Below are positions 63,344 through 64,000 of a stretch of 64,000 nucleotides of DNA, piece after piece. Within the stretch, counting starts at the first letter, position 1. Every line of letters begins with the position of its first letter. The translations under genes were made by a program, and so were the position numbers. The notes under the pieces were generated by a model. The model saw nothing but the letters and a program-made list of their open reading frames with translations, made no database searches and was not told where the DNA came from. The stretch lies in NCBI RefSeq assembly GCF_009914755.1, contig NC_060933.1. One strand, given 5' to 3'. Source of the DNA: the human T2T-CHM13v2.0 reference genome, Homo sapiens.

Positions 63344-63593
63344 GGCAGTAAAACAATTCTTCAGTGCTATAAACTCAAGGGCTCACCTGTTGAAGGTCAG
63401 TGTGTTCAGAGGTGTTTTTACAGCCAGTAAACATAGCACCCATTTACAGTGGAGCACATTGGGTTGTAAATTATTTCACCGATAGCACTAGCCCCTTATT
63501 GACAGAGAAATGGGGGAAATTACACAACCACTCTATATGGTGAGAAAATGCAGTTCTGGTGATACCCATGGACTGCCTGTATCATTCTACTGA
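63344..63593 (-). mobile_element. MER121 ancient conserved repeat
   Basis: Reverse complement contains GGTTGTGTAATTTC.CCCATTTCTCTGTCAATAAGGGGC..TATCGGTGAAATAATTTACAACCCAATGTGCTCCACTGTAAA, matching the MER121 core as recalled. Confidence 0.85.
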
Positions 63594-64000
63594 TGAATTA
63601 TTTCTTTTCTTTCCCCACCCCCAGCCTGTTATTTAACATTGGATTTTGGCTACAGACCCAAGCCACATTTGCTCAGTTTTTTTGTTTTTTTTCTCTGCTA
63701 GTACTATAGCCTTTGAAAGGCATTCATTTTGCCTAAGCTGGCTATGTGATGGGTGTTTCCTAGATGTGAGACTCTGTCATTGACAACTAGTGAACTTTGG
63801 GACTTAAAGGTATTTCAGGAATTGATGGGGACTACTCATGTGCTGTCTTCTGCTTTGGGATGACTTCTAGGAGCCCTGGCCACTGCTACCATGGGCAAAG
63901 ACTGGGTGTTCCTGCCCCATGACTATGCAGAAGGAAACCCCAAATCACCTGCTAGCAAGCATATTCTGTTGCTTGGCACCTCGTTCTTCATCCCGTTTGC

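Overview
Primate (human-like) non-coding DNA. I cannot support any protein-coding gene, RNA gene or CRISPR array. Most longer ORFs in the track are Alu translations (e.g. '[13 protein letters not shown]', '[15 protein letters not shown]'). Roughly 75 Alu pieces (about 30% of the window by hand count, about 2:1 minus-strand) are interleaved with MIR, L2, old L1, DNA transposons (Tigger4b/2a/3a, MER82, MER33, MER119, MER5, MER2), MaLR LTRs and an MLT2A LTR. Repeat family names come from my recall of consensus sequences, not from a search. The most notable structures are: (1) a local inverted duplication at 34.0-35.6 kb carrying a templated insertion from 33.3 kb; (2) a CpG-rich promoter-like element at 37.3-37.8 kb in a 3.7-kb Alu-free gap, with a candidate short first coding exon on the minus strand; (3) an MLT2A LTR with a perfect DUX4 motif inserted into an Alu; (4) a well-preserved MER121; (5) an apparent Alu-Alu micro-inversion with swapped TSDs at 30.4 kb; (6) a locally templated Alu fragment at 52.4 kb; (7) a possible fossil LINE endonuclease at 4.9-5.5 kb. 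I found no new biological system; these are genome-rearrangement and regulatory candidates. I could not identify the locus.
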